IMG/VR virus record: IMGVR_UViG_3300025133_005699
Coordinates: 32,001-96,000 of that record
Length of the DNA stretch: 64,000 nucleotides
Reading direction: 5' to 3' (one strand)
Source of the DNA: a virus
The first letter of the stretch is position 1. Each line of letters begins with the position of its first letter. The notes under the pieces were generated by a model. That model was not told the origin of the DNA, ran no database searches, and saw nothing but the letters and a program-made list of their open reading frames with translations. This document shows, piece by piece, positions 1 through 11,800 of this stretch. The position numbers were made by a program, and so were the translations under genes.

Positions 1-2
1 GC

Positions 3-272
3 TTCCCAGTTGAAGTAACTAGCGAATTTGAGGTAACGGCAGCTAGTGGTGACTTAGTTAATGTTTCAGGTAGTCATCCTAATCTTCACGCCACAGGTGA
101 GCAGATTACGCTTAAAGATGATGCCGGTACGGTCATTGACTTGGGTAATAAGAACAAGCTATCTTCGGTTTCTTATTCTGGTGGCGACACTGGTGGTGGA
201 AACGCAACAGTTACTTATTCTTACTCAACATTCAATACGTTCAACATCAATGGTGGTGGAACTTATTGGTAG
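3..272 (+). CDS. C-terminal fragment of a probable major tail (tube) protein; gene begins before the window
   Basis: Frame starting at nt 3 is open to TAG at 270-272 (FPVEVTSEFEVTAASGDLV...NKLSSVSYSGGDTGGGNATVTYSYSTFNTF...YW*). It is beta-strand/S/T/G-rich and lies upstream of chaperone-like genes and the TMP. Not in the ORF track, which shows a shadow frame (61..279). Confidence 0.6.
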   Translation, partial: FPVEVTSEFEVTAASGDLVNVSGSHPNLHATGEQITLKDDAGTVIDLGNKNKLSSVSYSGGDTGGGNATVTYSYSTFNTFNINGGGTYW

Positions 273-279
273 TAGATAA

Positions 280-330
280 TTCGCGATAGTCGCTAGCACA
301 CAATTCGGGACGTGTGCGGTGGCAAGCGAA
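280..330 (+). other. Intergenic RNA stem-loop after the tail tube gene
   Basis: TTCGC(280-284)/GCGAA(326-330) enclose GTCGCT-A-GCACAC ... GTGTGC-GGTGGC, pairing with G:U wobbles. There is no U-tract on the + strand. Confidence 0.45.
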
Positions 331-365
331 AAAGAGACGTTGGAATGGACTAAGGAAGGGTTTAG

Positions 366-1415
366 ATGTCAAATATAGATATCGAAAAAGCTTTATATAG
401 AATTATACAAGGTCGCTTGCGCTATAAGGTGCGAGACGGCCTTGTTCTATATATACATGAGCCTACACCAGAGCTAGTCTATGAGTCTTATGACGTTTAC
501 GATGAAGCCTACGAAAAGGCCTACTGGAGAGGTGTCTACGTTAAAGAAGAAGTCCTCCCCATACTCTTAGAAAACGATTACTGGAGCCCTCTAGACGACA
601 AAGAGGCAGAAAGAGTCCAGAAGGAAATTGAAGACAAAAAGCTAGAAGCCTTTAAACAATTTATCCACAAGAAGCAGCTCGGCGCCATTAAAAGGGAAAT
701 ATTCTACCTAGAGAAAAAATGGCAAAAGCTATATCTAAAAAAGAATTCTCTAGACCATGTAACATGCGCGGGATGCGCAGAGCTAACTAGAAACCAATGG
801 CTTATTGAGAAGACAACAAGATTTCCTGATGGTTCTTCCTATAGTTGGAAAGAAGCCTCTGTCCCTAGCGCTACGAACTATAGAGCCTCTAGTGCTATTT
901 CACAAGGGATGTATAGGTCTGTTGCTAGATCTGACACTTGGCGAGGAATGTGGGGCGCGGGCAAAGGAACAGAAATATTTGGGGTGCCCTTTTCTAGGAT
1001 TACGCAAGAGCAGGCTAGACTTTGCATGTACGCTAGAATGTATGATAACGTGGCGGAAAGTCCGGAAGCTCCCATAGAGGAGATAATAGCGGATGATATT
1101 TGTCTTGATGGATGGTTCATAGATCAGAAGAAAAAACAAGACAAGCAGAAGAAACAAAACCAAGTTGATGGGATGATCTCGAATGATAAGATTAAGAACT
1201 CTGGAGAGGTGTTTGTTATGGCTCAAGACAAAGAAGACGCCCAAGAAGTATACGATCTCAACGATGGGATGGCCAGAAGCACAGTACATCAGAGACAAGC
1301 ACAAATAGACGGGCAAGAGGACATGATGAAGTTCCAAGAGCTTGCAGACGTTAAACAAGATATAGGAATACAAAGACAACAACAGTTTAGTCAATCACTT
1401 AAAAATAGGAGATAA
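366..1415 (+). CDS. Probable tail assembly chaperone-like protein (paralog of 1782..2786)
   Basis: 349 aa, helical and charged, with an AAGGAAGG RBS. Lies between tube and TMP genes. The N-terminal ~150 aa align by eye with 1782..2786. Confidence 0.5.
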   Translation: MSNIDIEKALYRIIQGRLRYKVRDGLVLYIHEPTPELVYESYDVYDEAYEKAYWRGVYVKEEVLPILLENDYWSPLDDKEAERVQKEIEDKKLEAFKQFIHKKQLGAIKREIFYLEKKWQKLYLKKNSLDHVTCAGCAELTRNQWLIEKTTRFPDGSSYSWKEASVPSATNYRASSAISQGMYRSVARSDTWRGMWGAGKGTEIFGVPFSRITQEQARLCMYARMYDNVAESPEAPIEEIIADDICLDGWFIDQKKKQDKQKKQNQVDGMISNDKIKNSGEVFVMAQDKEDAQEVYDLNDGMARSTVHQRQAQIDGQEDMMKFQELADVKQDIGIQRQQQFSQSLKNRR

Positions 1416-1426
1416 AGGAATGAAAA

Positions 1427-1789
1427 ATGGATGATTACAATGCTTTACTGAAGCAGTCCCTTGACCTAAAGGGCAAGAGACAGGAAAAGTATAAAGAGCT
1501 ATCGAAGGATAGGCTGTATAAAATAGCTAAGAAAAAAATACAGACAACTATGATCGGTGCTTTGGATACGATAGAGAAAAGCTTTGGTTTTTTGTGGGAG
1601 TCCGATGAAGAATTAACTAATGAGCAAGTTCAACTTAAAACTATTTTTGAAGATGCTCGCTCACAAATTCTAGATCGGGGAAATACCCAAATGAGAAACC
1701 TAGAGGCGGAAATGACACAGTACGACATTTCTTGGAACAGACATACAATTAATTTACCAGTAGTAGAAAAAGGAGAAGATAATGAGTGA
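1427..1789 (+). CDS. Hypothetical protein in tail module
   Basis: 120 aa, AAGGA RBS, coupled to the next gene. Confidence 0.6.
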   Translation: MDDYNALLKQSLDLKGKRQEKYKELSKDRLYKIAKKKIQTTMIGALDTIEKSFGFLWESDEELTNEQVQLKTIFEDARSQILDRGNTQMRNLEAEMTQYDISWNRHTINLPVVEKGEDNE

Positions 1790-2786
1790 TAAGAAGGATA
1801 AAGATTTTGTAGAGGTTAACGCTAAAGACAAGAACGATAAAGACGTTACTGTCTGGGTTAAAAGACCTTCTACGGCAGAGTACAAGGATTCTCAGATTGA
1901 GTATAATAAGGCTTTTCGCGAAGCGTTAGAAGGCGGAGCTATTCTTAAGAAAAAGCTTGGCGAATACATGAGGTCTCAGGGGCTTTGGGATGATGCTAAA
2001 GATTCTGAAGAAAAGAAACTTCTTGCGGCAGTAGCAAAAGAAGAAGGCAAGCTCAAAAAGGGTGGTATCCCTCTTGAAGATGCTAAACAGATTGCGCTTG
2101 ACTTGAGAAAGACGCGCGCTAAATTTAGAACTCTAATCGCGGAGAGAACTTTGTTGGACTCTAATACCGTTGAGGGCCAATCTGACAATGCTCGCTTTAA
2201 TGCTCTAGTAACACTCTGTGTTTTGGATACAGATAAGATTACGCCAGTGTTTGAAGACTTGGCTCAGTATGATAAAAAGGGTGACGAGCCTTGGGCCATT
2301 GAAGCCGCTAGTGAGTTAGCTTCTTTGATTTATGAGTTAGATCCTAATTATGATAATACTCTTGAAGAAAACAAATTCCTCAAGAATTATAACTTTGCTA
2401 ATAAAGAAAATGAGCTGATTAATTCTGACGGGCATGCAATTTTTCTAGATCAGGAAACAGGCAAAGAACACCTGATCGAAACAGAAGGTATGCGATTTGT
2501 TGCTTATCGCACAGAAGAAGGTTATCAAAAGCAGGATGAAGAAGATAGATATTTCGTTAATAAAGACGGAGTTGAAATTGATGAAGATGGTAATCCTGTT
2601 GTAGATGACTTTGTTCCATTCTTGGATGATTCTGGCAAACCTATCCCTGTGCCTATTAGCGCAGAAGAGGCGGAAAAAGCTGCGGAAGAAGCCGAAACCA
2701 ATGAAGAAGAGGCTGAGACAGCTGAGGGCGAAGAAACCACATCAAAAAAGCGTGGTAGACCAAAAAAGACTGAAGAAGTTACATAA
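1782..2786 (+). CDS. Probable tail assembly chaperone-like protein
   Basis: 334 aa, AAAGGAG RBS, immediately upstream of the TMP. Acidic C-terminal tail ends in KKRGRPKK. Confidence 0.55.
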   Translation: MSDKKDKDFVEVNAKDKNDKDVTVWVKRPSTAEYKDSQIEYNKAFREALEGGAILKKKLGEYMRSQGLWDDAKDSEEKKLLAAVAKEEGKLKKGGIPLEDAKQIALDLRKTRAKFRTLIAERTLLDSNTVEGQSDNARFNALVTLCVLDTDKITPVFEDLAQYDKKGDEPWAIEAASELASLIYELDPNYDNTLEENKFLKNYNFANKENELINSDGHAIFLDQETGKEHLIETEGMRFVAYRTEEGYQKQDEEDRYFVNKDGVEIDEDGNPVVDDFVPFLDDSGKPIPVPISAEEAEKAAEEAETNEEEAETAEGEETTSKKRGRPKKTEEVT

Positions 2787-2796
2787 TTTTGTGTAT
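2786..2796 (+). promoter_or_regulatory. Candidate late-promoter motif ATTTTGTGTAT (copy 1)
   Basis: The identical 11-mer recurs at 33749-33759. Both copies are in intergenic gaps upstream of structural genes. Confidence 0.4.
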
Positions 2797-2814
2797 ATAA
2801 ACGTGGACAGTCTT

Positions 2815-2864
2815 AAAGGGGTAGCAAACGATACATATATGTATTTCGAGCTGCCCCTTTTTTT
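2815..2864 (+). terminator. Terminator-like hairpin in the TMP leader
   Basis: AAAGGGGTAGC(2815-2825) pairs with GCTGCCCCTTT(2850-2860). Internal palindrome ATACATATATGTAT(2831-2844); T7 run at 2858-2864. Confidence 0.6.
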
Positions 2865-2891
2865 ATATCAAACAGAGCATGAGAGGAGAAT

Positions 2892-5800
2892 ATGTCAAAA
2901 TTCAATTTAACAGCGCAGTTGAGCTTGGCGCCTCCTACAAACGTTCCTCAAATAGTTAGGCAGGTTAATCAGCAGCTTCAGGGTATACAGATGCAGATTA
3001 ACCCTGTTGTTAATGCCAAATCTCTTAACCAAGCAAATCAGGCTGTTCAGAGGGTTGGAGTAAGTGCAAAGGTTACTTCCAAAAATCTAAATACTGCTGC
3101 CGGTTCGGCAAACAGTTTGGGTTCTGCATTAGGGGCGGCGGCTAGAAGGTTCGCCTCTATTACGTTGGCTACGGGTTTCTTCTTAGCCTTGACTAGAGCT
3201 CTAGGTTCTGCTGTTGGTAGGGCTATCGAGTTTGAGAAAGAGATGTTGAAAATTTCTCAGGTTACTGGTAAATCAGTGCGGTCACTTAGGGATCTCAGTA
3301 ATGAGGTAACAAGACTGTCTGGTAATCTAGGTGTATCCTCCGAAGAATTATTAAATGCTGCGAGAACTTTATCTCAGGCAGGTTTTGCTGCCGACAAGGT
3401 AACTGGGGCGTTGAAGGTTTTAGCTCAGACTGATTTAGCTGCTACGTTTGATAACATTAAAGACACGACAGAAGGCGCTATAGCTATTCTTAGTCAGTTT
3501 AGAAAAGAAGTTCGGGCGGCGGGCGGAGAAGTTCAGTTCTTAGAAATGGCTATGGACTCCATTAACGCAGTCTCTAAGAGTTTTGCTGTCGAGTCTGCCG
3601 ACCTTATCTCTGTGGTCAGAAGGACTGGTGGTGTATTCGAGGCTGCCGGTGGTAAGCTAAATGAATTGATTGCCTTGTTTACATCTGTTCGTGCGACAAC
3701 CCGTGAAACCGCTGATACTATTGCTACTGGTTTTAGAACTATCTTTACTCGTATCCAGAGGTCTGAAACTATTGATAGCCTTAGAGAGCTAGGTATTGTT
3801 CTTCAGGATACTGAGGGCAAATTTGTTGGCCCAATGCAGGCTATAGCGAGACTCTCTGCCGGATTACAAGCTCTTGATCCGAGAGACTTTAGATTTAATG
3901 AGATTGTAGAACAGCTTGGTGGATTCCGTCAAATTGGTAAGGTTATCCCTCTTATTAAACAGTATACCACGTCTACTGAGGCCTTAGCGGTAGCGAATAA
4001 CGCGATGGGTTCTACCGCTAGAGATGCAGGTATTGCTCAACAGGGTCTTGGCAACCAGTTTGCACAGCTGAAAGAAAAGTTTGATGCCACTGTTCGTTCT
4101 TTGGCTGATAGTGATACATTTCAAACCCTAGCCACATCGGCAATTAAAATGGCTGAAGCCATATTGAGAATTGTTGATGCCCTTGAGCCATTGCTTCCTA
4201 TGTTGACTGCTCTGGCGGCATTTAAGTTAGGTCAAATTGCAATTCCGGCGTTTGGTAAATTTGCCGGTATTAGCGCAAATGCGGGTGGTAAAATACACGG
4301 CTTCGCTGGTGGTGGTATGGTTCCCGGTCGAGGAAATAGAGATACAGTTCCGGCGATGTTAGAGCCCGGTGAGTTCGTTATGCGCAAATCCGCAGTCAAG
4401 AAAATTGGCGCGAACAATATAGCACAGATGAATAATGGCTATGCTGCGGGTGGTATTGTTACTGGGAGACGAAATAATTATGGTTTTAAGCCAAACAAAA
4501 AAACTTTTGATAAAGCCTTGACGCCGGAAGATAAAGCGCGATTGTTAGGTACGTCAGAATTGGCATCTAAAGAGACATCTGAGGACGCCAAAGTTTTAGC
4601 TGCTATTGGTAAAGCGAATGCAACTTATGGCCTATCTACAGGCACGGTTCCGGGTGGTTTTTCTCTTGACGCATCAACTAAGCAGGTTAAAGAAATAACA
4701 AGTGACAAGCCTTTAGGCAGCATCCCTCTTACCAAAATGACAGCTAAGGATTTTCAAATATTTGCCAAGGGCATTATGGCAAAAGTGCCGGGATCTACCA
4801 TTGATGATGTAGCTCAGGCACAGAGATCAGGCGTTACGACTAATGCAACCATGCAGGCTTCGTCATACCCTATTGCTTCTATTGTAGAAAGTGGTGTGAG
4901 GTCCCAAGTAGACAGCGATCTGCAAGCTAGTGCTGCGCAAGGACTAAAAGACTCTGTTGAAGAGACAATATCAAGATTACAGTCTAGTGACGCGGGTGCA
5001 ACCGTTAAGAATATGGGACTAACACTCAGTAGGGGTGCAGCACAACGAGCTGCGACAACCACCTCGAAAGATGAGCAAGCAGTTTCCTCGATGGTCGGGT
5101 TTTTGTTTGAGGGTGTTATTGATGCTATGTCGGGTGCAACACCTGCGGGAGAGAGAGCTAGTTTTGACTTACCAAGAGAGTCTGTAAGCTCAGCAAGACC
5201 TGAGTTAGTGAAATTGTTTGGTTCGCAGGCTAACCAAATGAAAATGGCCGAAGTCAAATCTTCTTTTGGAAAGCTATCCCAAATTCCAACAAAACTAAAA
5301 ACATTTATAGGCGAACAAAGCAAAGTAGGACAAAGAACAACGGGAATAGATTTAAAGCGTGTAGGCTTCGCCAAAGGAGGTAAACCAAAAGGCACAGACA
5401 CTGTTCCCGCAATGCTCACACCCGGTGAGTTTGTAATGAAAAAATCCGCCGCTCAGGGTATAGGTTATTCCAACCTTCATAGAATGAATCAATCTAATGG
5501 TGTTAATGGATATGCCGCCGGTGGTATTGTTACTGGGACAAGAGGGTTTTACGGGAATGGAGTGCCCGGTGGAGGCGCGTCTATAGGAACTATTCCCGGC
5601 ATAGAAAGCGCGTCTAAAGGCTTTACACAACTTGCTAAAAGTATAGGGGATCTTGTTGGACAGCTGATAAGAGCTGGCGAATCTATTACATTGGGCGCAA
5701 ATTCAGCGTCTGAAAAGCTGGTTCAGGGTGCAAATGTACTTGGGCCGGAACTCAGTCAGGCGGGTCAGGCATTTATAGGTTTGCCCGCAACGATTTTGAA

Positions 5801-8800
5801 CCTGTTGGATGATGGAGCAGTTCAGCTCGGAACTGGCCTAGCAGACGCCGCCAAAGGAATAGGCTCTATAGACAATATAATGATAGAAGCCCTTACGGCA
5901 TCATTAGCCCCTTTCACAGCAGCTATGGCAGATGCTTCCAAGGGAATTAGCGCTGTTGACAACATAATGAACACCACTATGACAGGAGCAATGGCACCAC
6001 TCAAAACATCACTGTCATTGCTTGATGGAGAATTTAAGAAGTTTGGTAAAGAGCTAATGCTTAAGCTCAAATATTTTGATATTTTAAAGAAAGCCAATAC
6101 TGATCTAGTTACCGTTATGAACGATCTCGGCAAGAAGCTTATAGAAAAGGGTGATGATTTTGACATATTGAAACCACCTATTGCCACTGTCGAGCAGGCA
6201 CTTATTAGGGTTTCTGGTTACCTGAACAACTTTTATCAGATCTTTACGCCACTTGCGGGGGCTGTGCGGCAACTTTCTGTCGCCATGCAGAATCAGGCGG
6301 GAACAATAGCTGCAAGCGGTGCAGGAGTTGCGGCAGGAGCGGGCGGTGCGGCACTACAGGGGCCCATGACTCAGCTAGCCGCGAACATGTCTAGGGCAGC
6401 CAAAATTATGAGCAATATTGCAATCATTGGTGCTAGCCTTCAGCGGGCGATGGCTAATATGGTTGCGTCCCTTAATTCGGGTAAAGGTAGTATAAATAAT
6501 ATAACTATTAATTCCGCAGCCACAGCTCAGGAATTAGCCGAGCTAAAGGCTGAACTAGCAAAGGCCCAAGCTAGAATACTAGAGTTGGAAACTGCCGCAG
6601 CGCAAGCCTCCACCCAAATGAAAAAGACTGGCGCTAGTGGTGGCGCAGCCGCCGGAGGCATGATGATGGGTGGTGGTGGTGGTGGTGGTGGCCAAATGGG
6701 GAACAACCTAATGATGGCGGGCATGGCGGCGGGGATGGTTGCCCAGAGCATGGACGGGCTGAACGACAAAACAAAAACTTTCGTGACAGATCTTACCATG
6801 ATTGGTATGATGTTGGGGATGGTTGCAATGTCCTTTTCTCCTATACTAGCGGGCCTGTTTGTACTGACTGGATCTTCGACCACAGCCGCTGCGGCACTTT
6901 CCGCACAGACTGCGGCGACAGCTGTTGAAGTTGCGGCATCTGAAGCGGCGACTTTAGCGAAAATGCAGGAGACAGGTGCCGGATTCTCCGCAGCCGCGAT
7001 AGATGCACAGAAAACGGTTGCCGGTGGTGCTGCTACCATAGCCGATAGACTCAAAACCGTTGCTGCCGCCGATGCGGCGAAGGCAGATGCAATGAAAGCC
7101 AGTGCCGCCATGCTGGCAGGCGGAGTTATGGCAGGTATGGCGATAGCCGCCACTTATGTTATAATGAGAAGTAAGGCGCTTGGTGAACAGGCGAAAAAGC
7201 TAACCGAGGAATATCAAGATTCTATAAAAGGGTTGCAGGAGGGTGGCGCAGGTACGAATCTCGCAGACGCTCAGGCTAAAGTTAGAGCTGCCCTTCAGAA
7301 AGAGGCAGAAGCCGCTGGGGCTACATTCAGTGGTTTCTTAGCGATGACGGCAGCGGCTATTGTAGTTGTCGTCTCTGCGATTGCCCTATTTATCGCGGGG
7401 GTTGCCACGGGTGGTCTGGCTTGGGCGGCTGCGGCAGCCATTTTTATTGGGGCGGCTGGAGCTGCTGGGGCGGAAATAGGGGCGGCGTTTGCAACGGCCG
7501 AGGAGGCGATAGGGGCGTCTACTGACGCTTTAGTAGCATCAACGTTCCATGCCGCCACAGCTCTGAACGGACTTACTGCGGCAAACCAAGCTATGGAACT
7601 TGAGCAGCTTAGCGGCGTTGCGTTAATGGAGAGACAAGGACAGGCTTTTGACGACTTCTATGCTTCTTCTCTCCAAGCCGCCGGAGCTATGGCGTCTTTT
7701 CAGGGGATGGAAGCTGGTATGGATCAGGAGTTCAGGGGTGAGATGATGGACTCAGACGTCTTTGAGGCCGTCAAGGATGGTGGGGTTGATGCAATGAAGG
7801 AGTTAAGTCAGGCATGGTTTAAAATGGCTTCCGACATGAAGAACGGCATGAATAGTGCTGTAGACGAAATGATTAAAGGTGGTAAATCTGCCAAAGACGC
7901 GATGGATAGCGCCGCAATACAGGGTCAGCTTAAAAAGTACGGAGCTGCCGTCGAGATGGCTACGCGACTCCAGATGATGATGAGCGGACTCCAAAAACAA
8001 GCAGCTAAACAGCAGCTGGGGCTTGCTGGCATGACAGACGCAGAAATGTCTCGGGCTCAGCGCCTTCAGGTGATGGCGAGGGAAAAAGAGCTTATAGATG
8101 CGCAATCCGCTGATACAGCTAAGAAAGCGTCAGCCGCTCAAGAAAAATCAATGCGGGACAGGTTAGAAGCTGAGGCAAAAGCGAAAAAGGCTGCGGCAGA
8201 AAAGCTCGCTGCGGACATAGCTCTCGCAAAACAGGCATATCGATCTGCTTTAGCGTTAAGCACGTTTGAGGTTGCCATGGTTGGGCTGAGCGGCGCGATG
8301 AGCATGGCAGATATGGAATTTGGGGCCCTTACCGGCAGTATAAAACAGTTTAAATCAGTTAACGATAAACTAATTTCCACCTTAGCCTCTGGAAATGTTT
8401 CTCCCGAGGCTGAACAAGCAGCAATGGCTACGGCTGGCCAATTTGGACTAGAGGGGGAGACAGTCGCTCTTATTCAAAAAATGAAAGATAACGAAAAAAT
8501 ACGAAAAGTATTGACCGAAAAGGGGATGGAGGCATTTAGTGGAGCACTTGAGGAGAGCGCAGCAAATTTAAGGTTTGATGAATTCATGAGAGATCAGGGT
8601 ATTGATCTGTCTGGACTTGACGCTGACATAAGAACAGAAATTATGAATATGCTAGAGGATGGGCTTCAGCCGGGCGAGATTGAAGAAATCATGAATAAAA
8701 TAAATGGCGCCAATGAAGAGCAGATAAAGGTGCTTGCGGAACTAGCCAAAGCACAGAATGATTATGTTGGTGCTCTGTTTAAATTTGGTGGTGAGGTAGT

Positions 8801-11800
8801 AAAGCTCAATGAACTATATGCTAAGGCTATTAGTAATGTAATTAGCGTCCAGCTAAAGGGAGCAGAGCGCCTAGCTAAGGCTCAAGGAAGAGACATGACC
8901 GTGGGAGATGTTAGGGCGGCAGAAGAAGCTAAAAGAAGAGCGCCATTACAGGCAAGAGGTCTTGTTGGAGGTGGAGTCGGCGCTACGCAAATACAGCTAG
9001 AAAGAAACAGACAGAAGGCTAGGGAGCTGGCCAATAGAGTTAAGGCAGAGGCTGAGGGCGGTCAAGACGCAGAAACAATAACCAATCTACAAAACGAACA
9101 AAAAAACCTAGCATCTGAGACCAACGCTCTTACGGAGAACCTTAAGAAACTTTCAGATCAGTCTAAGTTGGCCGCCGCCATTATGGGCGAGATAGATAAA
9201 GAAAAGGGAAAACGGGAGACAATAAGAGGTTTAATCTCCGAGTTTACCTTTGCTAGTAATCAGGGCCGGAAGGATATGGATAGGAATTTCATGGCTCTCC
9301 AGAGGGTGATGGAGACTGGGAGCTTGAATAGTATTCCGGACGAGATGAGGTCTGCTGTTGGAGGGTTATTAGGAACCCTTGAGGATATAGCGATTGGGCC
9401 ACAAGGTCAAACGGGTGGAGAAATCAAGAAGATGCTAGAGATGCAGATGGCTAACCAGCTTAAGATTAGAGCTACTGGTAGGCCGCTTACTGCGGAAGAG
9501 ATGCAGAGAATATTTGATAAAACAACAAAAGAAGAGAAACTTATAGATGACCTAAAAGCTCTTAATGCCGAAGAGGTTGCGGCGGCGACGGCTCTCGCTG
9601 ATCATCAAGCAGATAAGATTGACGACTTGTTGGTGGGAATTGAGAGACTCATTGCAACCCTAGAGGCTGCGCAAGCGAATGCTGGTAATGCGGCACAAGG
9701 TGCGATGCAGCAGATGCAGATACAAGGGCCTATGCATGGAGGGTTAATTCAGAGATTCGCAGAGGGTGGAACAACAAAAGCAGCAAGATATACATCGAGC
9801 AGTAAAAATATGTTCCAGCCGCGAGGCACAGATACTGTTCCCGCCATGCTTACTCCGGGTGAGTTTGTTATGCAGAAGAGCGCCGTGGATAGTATTGGGT
9901 TATCAACCCTAAGTTCTATGAATAGTGGCAAGAAGCCTATCTATAGGCAGGCGGGTGGTCCTGTTACGAGTTGGACGAATTTTAACCAAGAACAACTCAA
10001 TAAAGGTGTTCAGATATCGCCAGAATTACAGAAGATCCAAGACACTATTTTAAACGGTATAACTAATAGTATTAACAGTATCGATAAGTTAAATTTTGCA
10101 GAGCTTAATCCTGCGATTGATGGTAAAAAAATAATAGAGGCCGATACGGGCTGGCCGATGGGCGGAGCGAATTGGAAAAATTTTGAAATGGATACTGGGG
10201 CTGGCGGTGCTGTTTTTCTACAAAACGGTGCCTTAGCTAGGGCTGCGCTAAACGATAAGGCGAAGCAGGGGATTAAGGCGTGGAGTCTGCTGGCAACCCC
10301 TCTTGGTGCAATCAATGACCCCCTTCTGATGGCAAACCTTATGTTACAAAAATATGAGGGAAAAGATGCTGCTAGAGCTATCCAAGCCCATAGATTCTTT
10401 TACAATAAAACATATCCGAATGGTGGCCGCATAGGAAACAATAAAAACACGCTCGCTTATGACTGGTGGGATATTGACGAAAATACTGGGACTCGTAATA
10501 CGCTAACGGCTCTTGTGACCTCTTCAAGTACAGACGACGATACGATTCAGGGGGATATTTCAGGTGGCCTTATTCAAAGCGTAATGGGTTCTGGGCAGAT
10601 TAGGGACTGGTATAAGGATGGTGGAACAGGCGACTTGGGCTATAAAGATCTCGATAATGTTAAAAATGTGGAACGCACGGGCCCAGCGATGGCAAATATA
10701 TTTAAGCAATATACCGAAAATTCTACATGGCCATGGAAATCACATTCTTCAGATCTATATGGAGGGACTAGTGTAGCCGGTATAAATTATGGACTACCCT
10801 ATCCTCCTAGCGAAGAACGTGGATTAATAATTCCAAACCGAGCAACCGCCGGAACCCTTATGGGTAATCCGGGCAAGCAACAGTTTCAATGGTTGAGTGG
10901 TTCTCGTTTTAGGGGGACCAAGTCTGTAGAACAAAACGAAGAGTACTACCGCGCTTTGCTTAAGAGTGGGGAATTTAATGATGTGAAAATGCCGCTCTTC
11001 GTTATAGATCAGCTTGCTGGGGGAGCTATGAAGTCCGCATCTTCTGCTTATGGTAGCTTTTTGCACGACAATTTATTTAACGAAGCAATGCAGGGTCAGC
11101 TTAAAGAGTTTTATACAGACCCAAACGCGGCGACCGCAGAATTTCAAATGGGCAACATAGCCAACGCACTTACAAATGCCGCATATGGTAACTGGTCGGG
11201 TACACCCAACGCACAGGCTATGCTCAAAGTTGATGGTGCGATATCCGCAATGCCAAACTTTGAGCTAGATACGGCTGCAAAATCTGGGTTTACTGGCGGG
11301 CCTTTTGGAGACACTGAGGTAGCAAAGGCCTTTAAGGGAAAAGTTGGATACATTCCTTGGAGTCTTCAGCATGAGCCAGTGTTAAATCGCGGACTACTAC
11401 AGAATCTTATGGACATGCAGGCGAATGCCACGGGGAGACTCGCCGCAGCTAACAACATAACTAACGGTTGGGGCGCAGAGTTCACAAACCTTTGGAAGAA
11501 TAGCGACGCTGAAAATAAAGGTCAGTCGGCGGAATTTCTCGCAACAAAGATTTCAGAGCTTTTTAATAAGATAGAGGGAGGAAATGATGTTTGGGGAGCA
11601 CCTCTTTTGGGTGTCATCAAACAACAACAAGAAGCCGCTGCCGCCGACGCAGCAGCACAAGAAGCCGCCGCTGTGGAAGAGGTTGAAGGTAGGGTCGTGC
11701 CAAATCTAGATGTTTTCTATGGCGGTGATGCTCAAAAAGCACAGGCTTTACTGACGGCTCTTGGAGAATATCCGGGTCGCGACAAAGCACCAAAAGGTAT

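Noticed and set aside
61-279. 72-aa ORF in the supplied track
   Set aside because: Shadow frame; the frame from nt 3 to 272 gives a far more protein-like structural sequence.
2745-2768. KKRGRPKK AT-hook or NLS suggesting a eukaryotic virus
   Set aside because: Such basic tails are common in phage proteins, and the SD sites, sigma factor and DnaB/DnaG/DnaE indicate a bacterial host.
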